Source: a virus (taxonomy: Duplodnaviria; Caudoviricetes). From it: a stretch of 38,156 nt of DNA. This document shows, piece after piece, positions 7,658 to 15,756 of this stretch; positions within the stretch are counted from its first letter, which is position 1; every line of letters begins with the position of its first letter. The stretch lies in the IMG/VR virus record IMGVR_UViG_3300049167_000231, positions 1 through 38,156 of that record. One strand, 5' to 3'. The notes below the pieces were generated by a model. It did no database searches and was not told the origin of the DNA. It worked only from the letters and a program-made list of their open reading frames with translations. Made by a program: the position numbers and the translations under genes.

Positions 7658-9382
7658 ATGACGGACCTTCTTGGGCCCGCTCCTGCGCAAGGAGCGGCAC
7701 GGCCTCCTATTGTCCTGCGCACCTATCAAGACACGGCTGTTGCGAAAGCTGTGATGGCTCACACCGCCGGCAAGAACCCGGTCTTGAGCCTGCCGACAGG
7801 GTCCGGCAAAGCGCTGGTAGCCGCAGCAATCGCGAGCGTGCTCGCTGCGGAAGGCGCCGAGCGGCTGATCATCACCGTCCCGAGCCGAGAGCTCGCCGAG
7901 CAGAATGAGCGCGCGCTGCTGGCATTCTTCGATCCTGATGAGGTCGGCGTCGTCTGCGCCGCGCTCGGCCGGCGTGAGGTCGATCGGCGGATCATCGTCG
8001 GCACGCCGCAGAGCCTGGCGGGTACTGTCCGCTTCGACCCCGCCTGCGTGATCATAGATGAAGCGCACCAGATGCCCCTTCATCGAGGCTCTTGGTTCGC
8101 CCGGTTCTTCGACGCCCTGCCGATGGGCCGCGCCACGCCGCGCATTGGCCTCTCCGGCACGACGTTCCGAACAGCCGACGGCGCGATCTACGGGCCGGGC
8201 AAGAAGGCTTGGTTCAACGTCGAGGCATTCGCGATCTCGGTCGCCGAGCTCGTCGCTAAGGGATATTTGGCGCCGATGCGCTACATCGCCCCGGCGCACC
8301 GCATGACGACCCGCGGCGTCGCTCGCAGCGCCGGCGACTTCAATGCCGCCCAGCTGGTCGAGGCCAACCTGCACCAGGTCGAGCCGCAGGTGATGCTGAT
8401 CATGGACGAGATGGCGACGCGCAAGCGCGCCATGCTGTTCGCGATCAACGTCGACCATGCCCAGGCCTATTGCGATGCGTTCCGGGCGCTCGGCGAGGAT
8501 ACTGCCCTGATCATCGGCGCGATGCGCGCGGACGACAGACGGTCAGAGGTCACTGCGTTCAAGTCGGGCGCCAAGCGCATCGGCGTCACCGTAGCGGCGG
8601 CGCTGACCGGCCTGGACGTGCCCGAGATTGACCTGCTCGCCTCCTGCCGCCCGACGATGTCGGCGATCATCCATTCGCAGAGCATTGGCCGCGGCACCCG
8701 CCCGGCACCCGGCAAGACCGAATGCCTCAACCTCGACTTCGCCGGCAACATCCGCAGCTTCGGGCCGGTCCACGATCCGCATTTCGACAAGAGCGGCCAG
8801 CCCCTCGGCGGCGTCGCTCCGTGGCGGCCCTGCAAGGCCTGCGGGACCTATGCCCACTTCGACGAGATCAGCTGCCAAGAATGCAGCGCCGTCCTGCCGC
8901 CGAGCAAGATCGTCACAGCCAACGATCTCGAGTTCGGCACGATCAACTGGAATATCGAGACGCGCGCCATCAGAGCGCTTGTTCAAGACCGAGGCTATGA
9001 GCGGCTCCCCGTCGAGGCGATCGCCGTCCACGCCTACCGCAAGCGCAGCGACCCTACCTCGATCTCGCTGATGGTCAGCTTCGGCCTGGGCGGTGACGCC
9101 ATCGTTCGCAAATGGGTCAAGCGGCTGCGCTCCGATCACTGGACCGAATTCTGGATCAGTCTCATGGGAGAGGCGCCGGCGCCCAAGACGCTTCAGGACG
9201 CCCTAAACCGCCGGCATGAGCTGGTTCGCCCGATGTCGATCGACATCGAGCAGGATGGCGCGTTCTGGCGCGTCATTGGCGTCGACCATAGCGAAGGCGG
9301 CGAAGACGATGCCGGGCCAGCGCCGCTGATCATTGATGCGGTGGCGGTCGATACAAGCAGCGATCGCAACGCCGGGATCTGA
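7658..9382 (+). CDS. SF2 DEAH-box helicase with Cys4 zinc finger (RadD/YejH-like)
   Basis: Q-motif LRTYQ, Walker A LPTGSGK, DEAH, motif III SGT, TGLDVP, motif VI QSIGRGTR, and CKAC...CQEC. Confidence 0.9.
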   Translation: MTDLLGPAPAQGAARPPIVLRTYQDTAVAKAVMAHTAGKNPVLSLPTGSGKALVAAAIASVLAAEGAERLIITVPSRELAEQNERALLAFFDPDEVGVVCAALGRREVDRRIIVGTPQSLAGTVRFDPACVIIDEAHQMPLHRGSWFARFFDALPMGRATPRIGLSGTTFRTADGAIYGPGKKAWFNVEAFAISVAELVAKGYLAPMRYIAPAHRMTTRGVARSAGDFNAAQLVEANLHQVEPQVMLIMDEMATRKRAMLFAINVDHAQAYCDAFRALGEDTALIIGAMRADDRRSEVTAFKSGAKRIGVTVAAALTGLDVPEIDLLASCRPTMSAIIHSQSIGRGTRPAPGKTECLNLDFAGNIRSFGPVHDPHFDKSGQPLGGVAPWRPCKACGTYAHFDEISCQECSAVLPPSKIVTANDLEFGTINWNIETRAIRALVQDRGYERLPVEAIAVHAYRKRSDPTSISLMVSFGLGGDAIVRKWVKRLRSDHWTEFWISLMGEAPAPKTLQDALNRRHELVRPMSIDIEQDGAFWRVIGVDHSEGGEDDAGPAPLIIDAVAVDTSSDRNAGI

Positions 9383-9387
9383 TCAGC

Positions 9388-9873
9388 GTGGCAAAACGCA
9401 TCTCGATCAAAAGCAGCGACGTTACTCGCCCTCCCGAGGGGGAACCGTTTATCTGGCATCAAGCGAGCCTTCTCCGCTCTCCCGCATGGCAAGAGCGCTC
9501 GATCAATTGTCGGAGGCTCATCGATTTTCTGCTGATTGAGCAAATGGCCCACGGCGGCTTGAAAAACGGCGACCTGCACGCGCCCTACGCGCAGTTGGTC
9601 CAGTTTGGGATCGGTCGCCGCCTGATCCCCTCGGCCATCGAGGAAGCCGAGCATCTTGGGCTGGTGCGCATTAAGCGCGGAGCACGCAAAGGCAGCCAAT
9701 ACAATGAGACCAGCTGTTTCCGGCTGACCTTCTATGCGACGCGGCAACTGATGAGCGGCTCATGGGTGTGGCAATCGCCGACCGACGAGTGGAAGCTCTA
9801 TAAAAGCACCGGCCGAGGACCGATCGTCGCAAATAGGTTCACCTTCGTGAACTCTGACGGTTCACCTTCGTGA
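9388..9873 (+). CDS. Putative winged-helix replication initiator
   Basis: LLRSPAW...NGDL..PY..L...GI.R..I..AI.E.E..GLV wHTH-like pattern; follows the helicase; iteron-like repeats overlap its 3' end. Confidence 0.65.
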   Translation: MAKRISIKSSDVTRPPEGEPFIWHQASLLRSPAWQERSINCRRLIDFLLIEQMAHGGLKNGDLHAPYAQLVQFGIGRRLIPSAIEEAEHLGLVRIKRGARKGSQYNETSCFRLTFYATRQLMSGSWVWQSPTDEWKLYKSTGRGPIVANRFTFVNSDGSPS

Positions 9874-9957
9874 ACTAGCTTCAGTGCACCTTCGTATACC
9901 GGCCCCGCCGCAACCCATTGATATATATAGGAGCCACAAAGTTCACCTTCGTATACC
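9836..9957. repeat. Four 18-bp direct repeats (iteron-like; putative replication origin)
   Basis: GGTTCACCTTCGTGAACT at 9836 and 9859, AGTGCACCTTCGTATACC at 9883, AGTTCACCTTCGTATACC at 9940; AT-rich patches at about 9918-9930 and 9960-9971. Confidence 0.85.
9911..9923 (-). promoter_or_regulatory. IHF-consensus binding site
   Basis: Minus strand TATCAATGGGTTG is an exact match to WATCAANNNNTTR, between repeats 3 and 4. Confidence 0.55.
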
Positions 9958-10004
9958 CCTATCTATATTTTGGATGGGGACACGCCGAGCCAAGAACCGA
10001 CAGG

Positions 10005-10385
10005 ATGGCCGTACCAGCGATGCGCAAGCCCGACCTCTCCGATCAGCAACTGACCGCGCTGAGACTTTACCTCGATAGCCAATCGGACATGCTGCAGGTC
10101 TGGATCATCGGCAGCAGGGCAGAAGGTCGCTCGCGCCCGAATTCCGATTTGGACATGACCGTGCGCTTGGTGGTCGATCATGACCCGAATCAGAACGAGG
10201 AGCTTTGCATTCTCATCGACCACCGGTCGCGTTGGGGCGCGGAGCTGACCGAGCTGCTTGGGATACTGGTCAAGGACATCCAGCTTGAATTCGATCCGAC
10301 GGACCCTTGCTTCGGTCAAGGCCGCAGCGGCGGCATACGTATTTTCGACAGGCTCATCGATAGAACCGTTGGTAAAGGGAGATGA
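10005..10385 (+). CDS. Minimal nucleotidyltransferase (MNT, Pol-beta superfamily)
   Basis: VWIIGSRAEGRSRPNSDLD gives the GS-x10-DxD signature, with a later third Asp in VKDI. Start at ATG 10005 or 10020. Confidence 0.85.
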   Translation: MAVPAMRKPDLSDQQLTALRLYLDSQSDMLQVWIIGSRAEGRSRPNSDLDMTVRLVVDHDPNQNEELCILIDHRSRWGAELTELLGILVKDIQLEFDPTDPCFGQGRSGGIRIFDRLIDRTVGKGR

Positions 10386-10585
10386 GCAACGTCGACGACG
10401 AATGGATGGCGATTGCCCCATGCCGTAGCGACGGCAGCGCTGCGGTTCGCTGGTTCGTCCTCTACTGCGAGGCCGGCGGCGGAGAGAGCATCGTTGGCGA
10501 CTGCGCGACCGAAGACGAGGCGATGACCGATGCTTCGTTCTGGCACCTGCCGATCGTGCCTTGGCGCCCGCCATCCATCCACTAA
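10382..10585 (+). CDS. Small acidic hypothetical protein
   Basis: ATGA overlap with the MNT stop and a purine-rich SD; 67 aa. Confidence 0.6.
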   Translation: MSNVDDEWMAIAPCRSDGSAAVRWFVLYCEAGGGESIVGDCATEDEAMTDASFWHLPIVPWRPPSIH

Positions 10586-10601
10586 CTCGATCGCGGGATC
10601 G

Positions 10602-10841
10602 TTATTCTGAGTCCAGCGCCTTATCCAGCGCCTTATCGATTTCGCGCCTGACCTTGAGCGTCGCCTTGTCGGTCACCCCTTTGACACAGAGAAAGTTCGT
10701 CTCAGGGTATTTTCGCAGAAGCCGCGCTGCGGCCGCCAGGCAGCCCTTCTCGGTATCGTGCGGCGCCAACACGTTAGTCGATATCGTACCGACGGCGCCG
10801 GTGCTCAACCCGAGGACAAACCAGACGACTGCCGCTTCCAT
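10602..10841 (-). CDS. Small membrane-anchored or exported protein with a Cys pair (moron)
   Basis: From ATG 10841: hydrophobic N-terminus VVWFVLGL, then KGCLAAA...FLCV. Start uncertain (10925 possible). Confidence 0.5.
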   Translation of the reverse strand: MEAAVVWFVLGLSTGAVGTISTNVLAPHDTEKGCLAAAARLLRKYPETNFLCVKGVTDKATLKVRREIDKALDKALDSE

Positions 10842-11079
10842 AGGATCACTCGCGCTTGAAGGGGCTGGAGGTTTAGCGGGTCGTCGTGCGCATTGCCATT
10901 GGCCCAATGGCGGCTGAAACGTCATGACAGGAAGGTCGCAAGGTCATGCCTCTCTTGCATTTTCGCCGGATTATGCGGGCGCCATATGAATCCTTTTGCT
11001 ATCCTGCGGCAAAACGGCGATGTTATCGCCCATGCCGAGAGGTGCGCCCGGCGCGATCATGCATCTTCGCAAAATTCAG

Positions 11080-11108
11080 TTGACGTCGGTGCGAAGATGA
11101 TTCATTCC
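11080..11108 (+). promoter_or_regulatory. Candidate sigma70 promoter bracketed by a 10-bp inverted repeat
   Basis: TTGACG-N17-CATTCC; CATCTTCGCA (11062-11071) and TGCGAAGATG (11090-11099) form a perfect inverted repeat. Confidence 0.45.
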
Positions 11109-11114
11109 TTTCCG

Positions 11115-11203
11115 CCATCAGCCCGACGTGGGTTCGGCGCGGATGTACCGCCAACCCTCAGGTCCATGTGACGCCCGGCCCCAAACGGTCGGGCGTTTGC
11201 TTT
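11115..11203 (+). ncRNA. Candidate ~90-nt small RNA or terminated leader
   Basis: Lies between the candidate promoter and a terminator; contains a GGGTTCGGCG/CGCCAACCC hairpin followed by the terminator hairpin. Confidence 0.3.
11171..11203 (+). terminator. Intrinsic terminator
   Basis: Stem CGCCCGGCC, loop CCAAAC, stem GGTCGGGCG, followed by TTTGCTTT. Confidence 0.6.
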
Positions 11204-11244
11204 AATGGTCGACGCAGTGTTCCTCTGTGTATGAAAGAATCCCG

Positions 11245-11619
11245 CTAACGGCCCGCTGGTCTTGTTTCATCCTTCCATGCGCAAAGACGGACCTTTTCAT
11301 TGACCCAGCACGCCCCCTGCTGCTCTTGGGCAAGCGTGCCTAGCGACAATGCCGGTTTTCTGGGCTGATTAGGGTCCGTGATGTTGAAGGCTCCGTTGCC
11401 GCGGCCTTTATCCACTCCGTTTATGTTTGCTACGGCACGTACGGGTTGTTTGGTTCTGCCAGCTCCGATCCAGAGCCCCCCGTCAGAATAAACTAGGATC
11501 TCGCAGGGGCCGCTTATCACGCTCTTGCCCTCTACCAGCAAAAGGCAATCGCCTTCGTCCGCGAGGCAGCCGCTGACCGAGAAAATAACGGCGACTACGG
11601 CAAAGCCAGTTTGTTTCAC
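11245..11619 (-). CDS. Exported protein or lipoprotein (moron)
   Basis: From GTG 11619: MKQTGFAVVAVIFSVSGC with lipobox-like VSGC, plus four further Cys; AGGA SD; antisense to the late operon. Confidence 0.65.
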   Translation of the reverse strand: MKQTGFAVVAVIFSVSGCLADEGDCLLLVEGKSVISGPCEILVYSDGGLWIGAGRTKQPVRAVANINGVDKGRGNGAFNITDPNQPRKPALSLGTLAQEQQGACWVNEKVRLCAWKDETRPAGR

Positions 11620-11710
11620 CAGTTCAATCCTGTCGAGCCAAAGACGGCAACGGCAGCACGTATAGCAAGCCAGGCCGCTCTGGCAGATTTTTTCGCAGGC
11701 AGTGCCAGAG

Positions 11711-12346
11711 ATGTTGGAGCTTGACCTCTCCGCCTTCGAGCGGCGCGCCCGCGATCTGGGCGGCGCCATCGATCAGGTGCCGTTTGCGCTGTCTCGCGCC
11801 CTGAACGATGCGCTCTTCAAGGCGAAGGATGAGCTGGTCGGCCACACATGGCCGTCGAGCATCACCGTCCGCAACCCGAGCTTCATCAGGGCCGCGCTCA
11901 ACGTCGAGCCCTCGACCAAGACCAACCTGCGTGGCGCCGTGTTCGATCGCTTCGATCGCGGCAACCTTCGCCTTCACGATCGCGGCGGCACGAAGCAAGC
12001 CCGCGGTCGCCTCGCCATCCCCGACGCCAAAATCAAGGGAGCGCGCGGGGCGAAGGGACTGCCGAAGCGTCTGCGTCCCGCTGGACTGGCTCGATCCTTC
12101 CGCAAAGGCGACGCCATCTACCAGCGCGTGGGCAAATACCAAGCGGGCAAGAAGGCCACGAAGCGCAAGGCAGCGACGGCAGGCGTCGACAACCGCAAGC
12201 TCCAGCTGATGTTCACGCTGAAGCGTTCAGCCAACATGCGGGCCGACGTGCCCTTCACCGAGGACTTCCGACGCGTCGTGATCCGTGAGGTGCATGCCTC
12301 GTTCCCGACCCGGCTCAGGCAGGCGATGGGCACGAGACGGGGGTGA
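11711..12346 (+). CDS. Basic phage morphogenesis protein (lambda gpZ/tail-completion-like)
   Basis: QVPFALSRALND N-terminal pattern; Arg/Lys rich; directly upstream of cos and terminase. Confidence 0.65.
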   Translation: MLELDLSAFERRARDLGGAIDQVPFALSRALNDALFKAKDELVGHTWPSSITVRNPSFIRAALNVEPSTKTNLRGAVFDRFDRGNLRLHDRGGTKQARGRLAIPDAKIKGARGAKGLPKRLRPAGLARSFRKGDAIYQRVGKYQAGKKATKRKAATAGVDNRKLQLMFTLKRSANMRADVPFTEDFRRVVIREVHASFPTRLRQAMGTRRG

Positions 12347-12393
12347 TCGATGATGGGGCCCCCTTCAACCATGGTGCGCCGCAGCAATTCCTT

Positions 12394-12450
12394 GGGTCCT
12401 TCCTGCCCCATGTGGGCCGGGGGTAACGCGCGACCCCGGGCCTTTCGCAG
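12394..12450 (+). other. Lambda-like cos site (cosQ and cosN-like)
   Basis: GGGTCCT at 12394-12400 (identical to lambda cosQ), then GCGACC at 12430-12435 and TTTCGC at 12443-12448 with near-lambda spacing; immediately upstream of terS. Confidence 0.7.
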
Positions 12451-12485
12451 CGCTGAATGTGCAAAACCTGATTACAGGTGACAAG

Positions 12486-13148
12486 ATGACAGCCCACGTT
12501 GCTGCAGGCATGTCGCCTAAGTATATGACGCAGGCCGAGTTTTCGCGCCGTCGTGATGTTAGCCGCAACGCTGTCACCACGTGGAAGAAGAAGGGATTGC
12601 TGGTTACAGATGACGCGGGGCGCGTCGATGTCGAAGCCAGCGAATGGATTCTCGATCAGCGCCCTGCCACCTATCGAGGTGGCGTTACCCATCGCCCCGT
12701 CCGCGGTCCCGATGGTAACAACTCCTCGGCACCGCCGGCCACAGCCGCGCGCAGCAAGCCTCGCCCTTCGCAGTCGGACGACGACGATGGCGACGGCGTT
12801 GGGTTCGACCTTGACGCCGAGGATCTGCCGCTCGCCGAAGCGGTGCGTCGGAAGGAAAACTATCTCGGCCTCCTACGCCGTCGCGAGCTTGAGGTTTCCA
12901 ATACCGAATGGGTGCGGATCGAGGCCGTCGCCGCGCAGGTCGAGCGCGAGTACGGCACGGTTCGCGAACGCCTTCTCACCATCCCGGGCAAGATTGCCGC
13001 GTCCCTCGTGGGCGCCGATCGGCCGACCATCGACATGATCCTGCGACGGGAGATCACCGAGGCCCTGCATGAACTGCATGATCCATCCGGACTTGCGCAG
13101 CGGGCAGGCGCTGGCGTCCCGGCTGACACAGGCAAGGCTGGCTCTTAA
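12486..13148 (+). CDS. terS: Terminase small subunit (Nu1-like)
   Basis: N-terminal HTH MTQAEFSRRRDVSRNAVTTWKKKG; C-terminal VRERLLTIP...EITEALHEL; overlaps the terL start. Exact start uncertain. Confidence 0.85.
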   Translation: MTAHVAAGMSPKYMTQAEFSRRRDVSRNAVTTWKKKGLLVTDDAGRVDVEASEWILDQRPATYRGGVTHRPVRGPDGNNSSAPPATAARSKPRPSQSDDDDGDGVGFDLDAEDLPLAEAVRRKENYLGLLRRRELEVSNTEWVRIEAVAAQVEREYGTVRERLLTIPGKIAASLVGADRPTIDMILRREITEALHELHDPSGLAQRAGAGVPADTGKAGS

Positions 13149-15111
13149 GCCGCCGCCCATCCTGGACCTGGTCGAGTGGGCAGACACCTATCGCAAGGTC
13201 GCGAGCAAGACATCCGCATCGCCGGGCCAGTGGCAGACGAACGCTCAGCCCGTGGCCTTCGGGCCGATGCGCGCGGTCACCGAGCCCGACACTCACACCG
13301 TCTCGGTCATGGCCGGGACACAGGTCGTCAAGACCGAGCTGCTGATCAACGTTGCTGGGTTCTTCATCCACCAGGACCCGGGCAGCATCCTGTTCGTGCA
13401 GCCGACGCAGGGTGCGGCCGAGGCATTCTCGAAAGAGCGCTTCGCGCCCACCGTTGAGGGCACGCCCGCCCTGTCGGAACTCATCGCCAAGCCCAGGACG
13501 CGGGACAGCGAAAATACGATAGCCCACAAATCTTACCGGGGTGGCTCGCTCGACTTCGTCGGCGCCAATTCCCCGACGGACCTGGCGTCTCGCCCGAAGC
13601 GGATTATCCTCTGCGACGAGATCGACAAGTATCCGCCCAGCGCCGGCGGCGAGGGCGACCCGCTCCTGCTCGCGGAAGAGCGGGCGTCCACCTACAAAGC
13701 CGTTGGCCGATCAAAATCGGTTCGGACGTGCTCGCCTACAGAGGAAGGCGTGTCGAGGATCGGTCGCGAATATGCGGCGAGTGACCAGCGACGCTGCTAC
13801 GTGGCCTGCCCACACTGCGGCCATTCGCAGCTGCTGACCTGGGCGCAGGTCACTTGGAGCAAAGACGCGGCCGGCGGTCATCTGCCGGAGAGCGCTGGTA
13901 TCCAGTGCTCCGGCCCTGACTGCGGCGTAATCTGGACCGAGGGGGATCGCATCGCCGCGCTCGACGCGCTGGAGCATGCCCCCGATCATGGCTGGCGCCA
14001 GACGCGGCAGTTCGTCTGCTGCGAGGTGGTCCAGACGCCCGAACGCTGGACGAAGGCGGGGCGGTCCCGCTGCCAGCATTGCGATAAGCCGACGAGCTAT
14101 AGCGGCCATGCCGGCTTCCATATCTCGAAGCTCTACTCGAAGCGGCATCGGCTGCCCGATCTGGTGCAGGAGTTCCTGGACGCGAAGGCCGATCCGGAAT
14201 CGCTCAAGAAGTTTACGAACACCGGACTCGCCGAGCTTTGGCGGCCGATCGGAAGGGAAAGCCTCGACGGCACCGGGTTGATAGCTCGCGCCGAGCTCTA
14301 CGGGCCCGACGATCTGCCGGATGAGGCCCGCGTCGTCACCGGGTTCTGCGACGTGCAGGGCGATCGGTTGGAAATCCAGCTTGTCGCCTGGGGTCCGGAC
14401 GAAGAGGCCTGGCCGTTCCTCTATGAGATCATCCATCTCGATCCTGCCCAGCCACAGGCTTGGCGCGAACTGGACACCTTGCGAGCCCGGACATTCCGGA
14501 CGCGCGGCAATCGGATCATGAGGATCGCGGCTTTTGGCGTCGACACCGGCGGCCATCACACGACGCAGGTCCACGCCTATTGCCGGAAGCGCCGCAAGCA
14601 GCGGGTCTTCGCCACCCAGGGCCATGCCTCGAAGCCCCTTTGGACCAATCGCTCATCGCGCTCGAAGAACAACGACCCGCTTTGGCATATCGGGACGAAC
14701 GCGGCGAAAGATGCGATCTACGCCCGCCTTCGTATCGATCCCCCCGAAGAGCCTGGCCAGCGCCGGCCCGGCTTCATCCATTTTCCCCAGGCCGAGAATT
14801 TCGGGCCTGAGTATTTCGAGCAGCTGACGGTCGAACGCCGCGAAGTCCGATACCGCTCGGGACAGCCCTATGTGCTGTGGGTTTGCCCGCAGGGACGGCG
14901 AAACGAAGCCCTGGACACACTGGTCGGGTCGCTCGCGGTTCGTCGCGCGCTGCCATCCCGGATCGAGGGTCAGCTCGAATACGCCACCGCGCCATCACCG
15001 ACAGAAGCCGGCACTACTGAACCACCACCGCCTGCACCCGCACCGCCGGTTGCCGCGCGGCCGAAACCTTTTCTGCAGCGCCAGCGCGGCTGGCTATCGA
15101 AGGGACGATGA
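13069..15111 (+). CDS. terL: Terminase large subunit (lambda gpA family)
   Basis: EWAD, GTQVVKTE (Walker A-like), ILCDEIDKYP (Walker B), CPHCG, DVQGDRLE, VDTGG and RNEALD motifs. Confidence 0.95.
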   Translation: MNCMIHPDLRSGQALASRLTQARLALKPPPILDLVEWADTYRKVASKTSASPGQWQTNAQPVAFGPMRAVTEPDTHTVSVMAGTQVVKTELLINVAGFFIHQDPGSILFVQPTQGAAEAFSKERFAPTVEGTPALSELIAKPRTRDSENTIAHKSYRGGSLDFVGANSPTDLASRPKRIILCDEIDKYPPSAGGEGDPLLLAEERASTYKAVGRSKSVRTCSPTEEGVSRIGREYAASDQRRCYVACPHCGHSQLLTWAQVTWSKDAAGGHLPESAGIQCSGPDCGVIWTEGDRIAALDALEHAPDHGWRQTRQFVCCEVVQTPERWTKAGRSRCQHCDKPTSYSGHAGFHISKLYSKRHRLPDLVQEFLDAKADPESLKKFTNTGLAELWRPIGRESLDGTGLIARAELYGPDDLPDEARVVTGFCDVQGDRLEIQLVAWGPDEEAWPFLYEIIHLDPAQPQAWRELDTLRARTFRTRGNRIMRIAAFGVDTGGHHTTQVHAYCRKRRKQRVFATQGHASKPLWTNRSSRSKNNDPLWHIGTNAAKDAIYARLRIDPPEEPGQRRPGFIHFPQAENFGPEYFEQLTVERREVRYRSGQPYVLWVCPQGRRNEALDTLVGSLAVRRALPSRIEGQLEYATAPSPTEAGTTEPPPPAPAPPVAARPKPFLQRQRGWLSKGR

Positions 15112-15539
15112 CCATGTCCGATCTGAAAACCATCCTCGAAAAGGGCGGCGGCACGCTCGTCCGCTTCGGCTCCGTCTGGAGCTATCCCGGCGCGCCGATC
15201 GATCCCAGCGGCACCAATCTCCGCCTGCCCATCGAGCACGCCAGCGATGCCGAAGTTCGGGAGGCATTGCAGGCCGGCGACCTCGCGGCCGTCACGATCC
15301 ATGCCGATGGCACCGCGATCGCGGTGCGAGCCGTCAAGAAGGGTGAGCAGGTTGCTGTCCTGACGTCGGCTCAGGTCGGCACGGCCGAGGCCGGCACCGA
15401 GCTGCCGGTTGGCTCGCGTCCGTCCGTCGACGCCGGCAAGGCGCCGCTCGGTGTCGAGGCCAGCGAAAAGGGCGGCGTCGAAGCCAAATCGGCTGCGAAG
15501 GAAGGCACGACCGAGACCGACCCCCGCAAGGGTCGCTGA
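15108..15539 (+). CDS. Hypothetical protein between terL and gpW
   Basis: ATGA-coupled to terL; codon usage matches neighbours. Confidence 0.7.
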   Translation: MTMSDLKTILEKGGGTLVRFGSVWSYPGAPIDPSGTNLRLPIEHASDAEVREALQAGDLAAVTIHADGTAIAVRAVKKGEQVAVLTSAQVGTAEAGTELPVGSRPSVDAGKAPLGVEASEKGGVEAKSAAKEGTTETDPRKGR

Positions 15540-15546
15540 TCGCGCC

Positions 15547-15753
15547 ATGCGTACGCCGCTCCAGATCCAGCTTCAGCTCGACGCGATCAACAATGCGATC
15601 GCGTCGGGGGCAACCCGCGTCTCGTACGATGGGAAGAGCGTGGAGTACCGCGATCTGGCGGAGATGCGATCGGTGCGCGACGGGCTGATGCGCGAGCTCG
15701 GCCTGCCGACACGTCCTCGCCGTCGCGTCGCGGCCTTCAGCAGCGGCTTCTGA
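15547..15753 (+). CDS. Head-tail joining protein (gpW-like)
   Basis: AIASGATRVSYDGKSVEYRDLAEM motif; directly upstream of the portal. Confidence 0.9.
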   Translation: MRTPLQIQLQLDAINNAIASGATRVSYDGKSVEYRDLAEMRSVRDGLMRELGLPTRPRRRVAAFSSGF

Positions 15754-15756
15754 TTC

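Noticed and set aside
7658-9382. Helicase as a restriction or defence system subunit
   Set aside because: No methyltransferase or nuclease partner. It sits in the canonical replication position after cro.
9836-9957. Palindromic direct repeats as a mini CRISPR array
   Set aside because: Repeats are only 18 bp, the gaps are 5, 6 and 39 bp, and no cas genes are present. Context fits iterons better.
10005-10385. Nucleotidyltransferase as a CBASS cyclase
   Set aside because: At about 125 aa it is far too small for a CD-NTase, and no effector gene is adjacent.
10893-11171. 92-aa plus-strand ORF ending at the terminator
   Set aside because: TTG start overlapping an opposite-strand ORF, no SD, no recognisable features. 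The region is better explained as regulatory, though a short peptide cannot be excluded.
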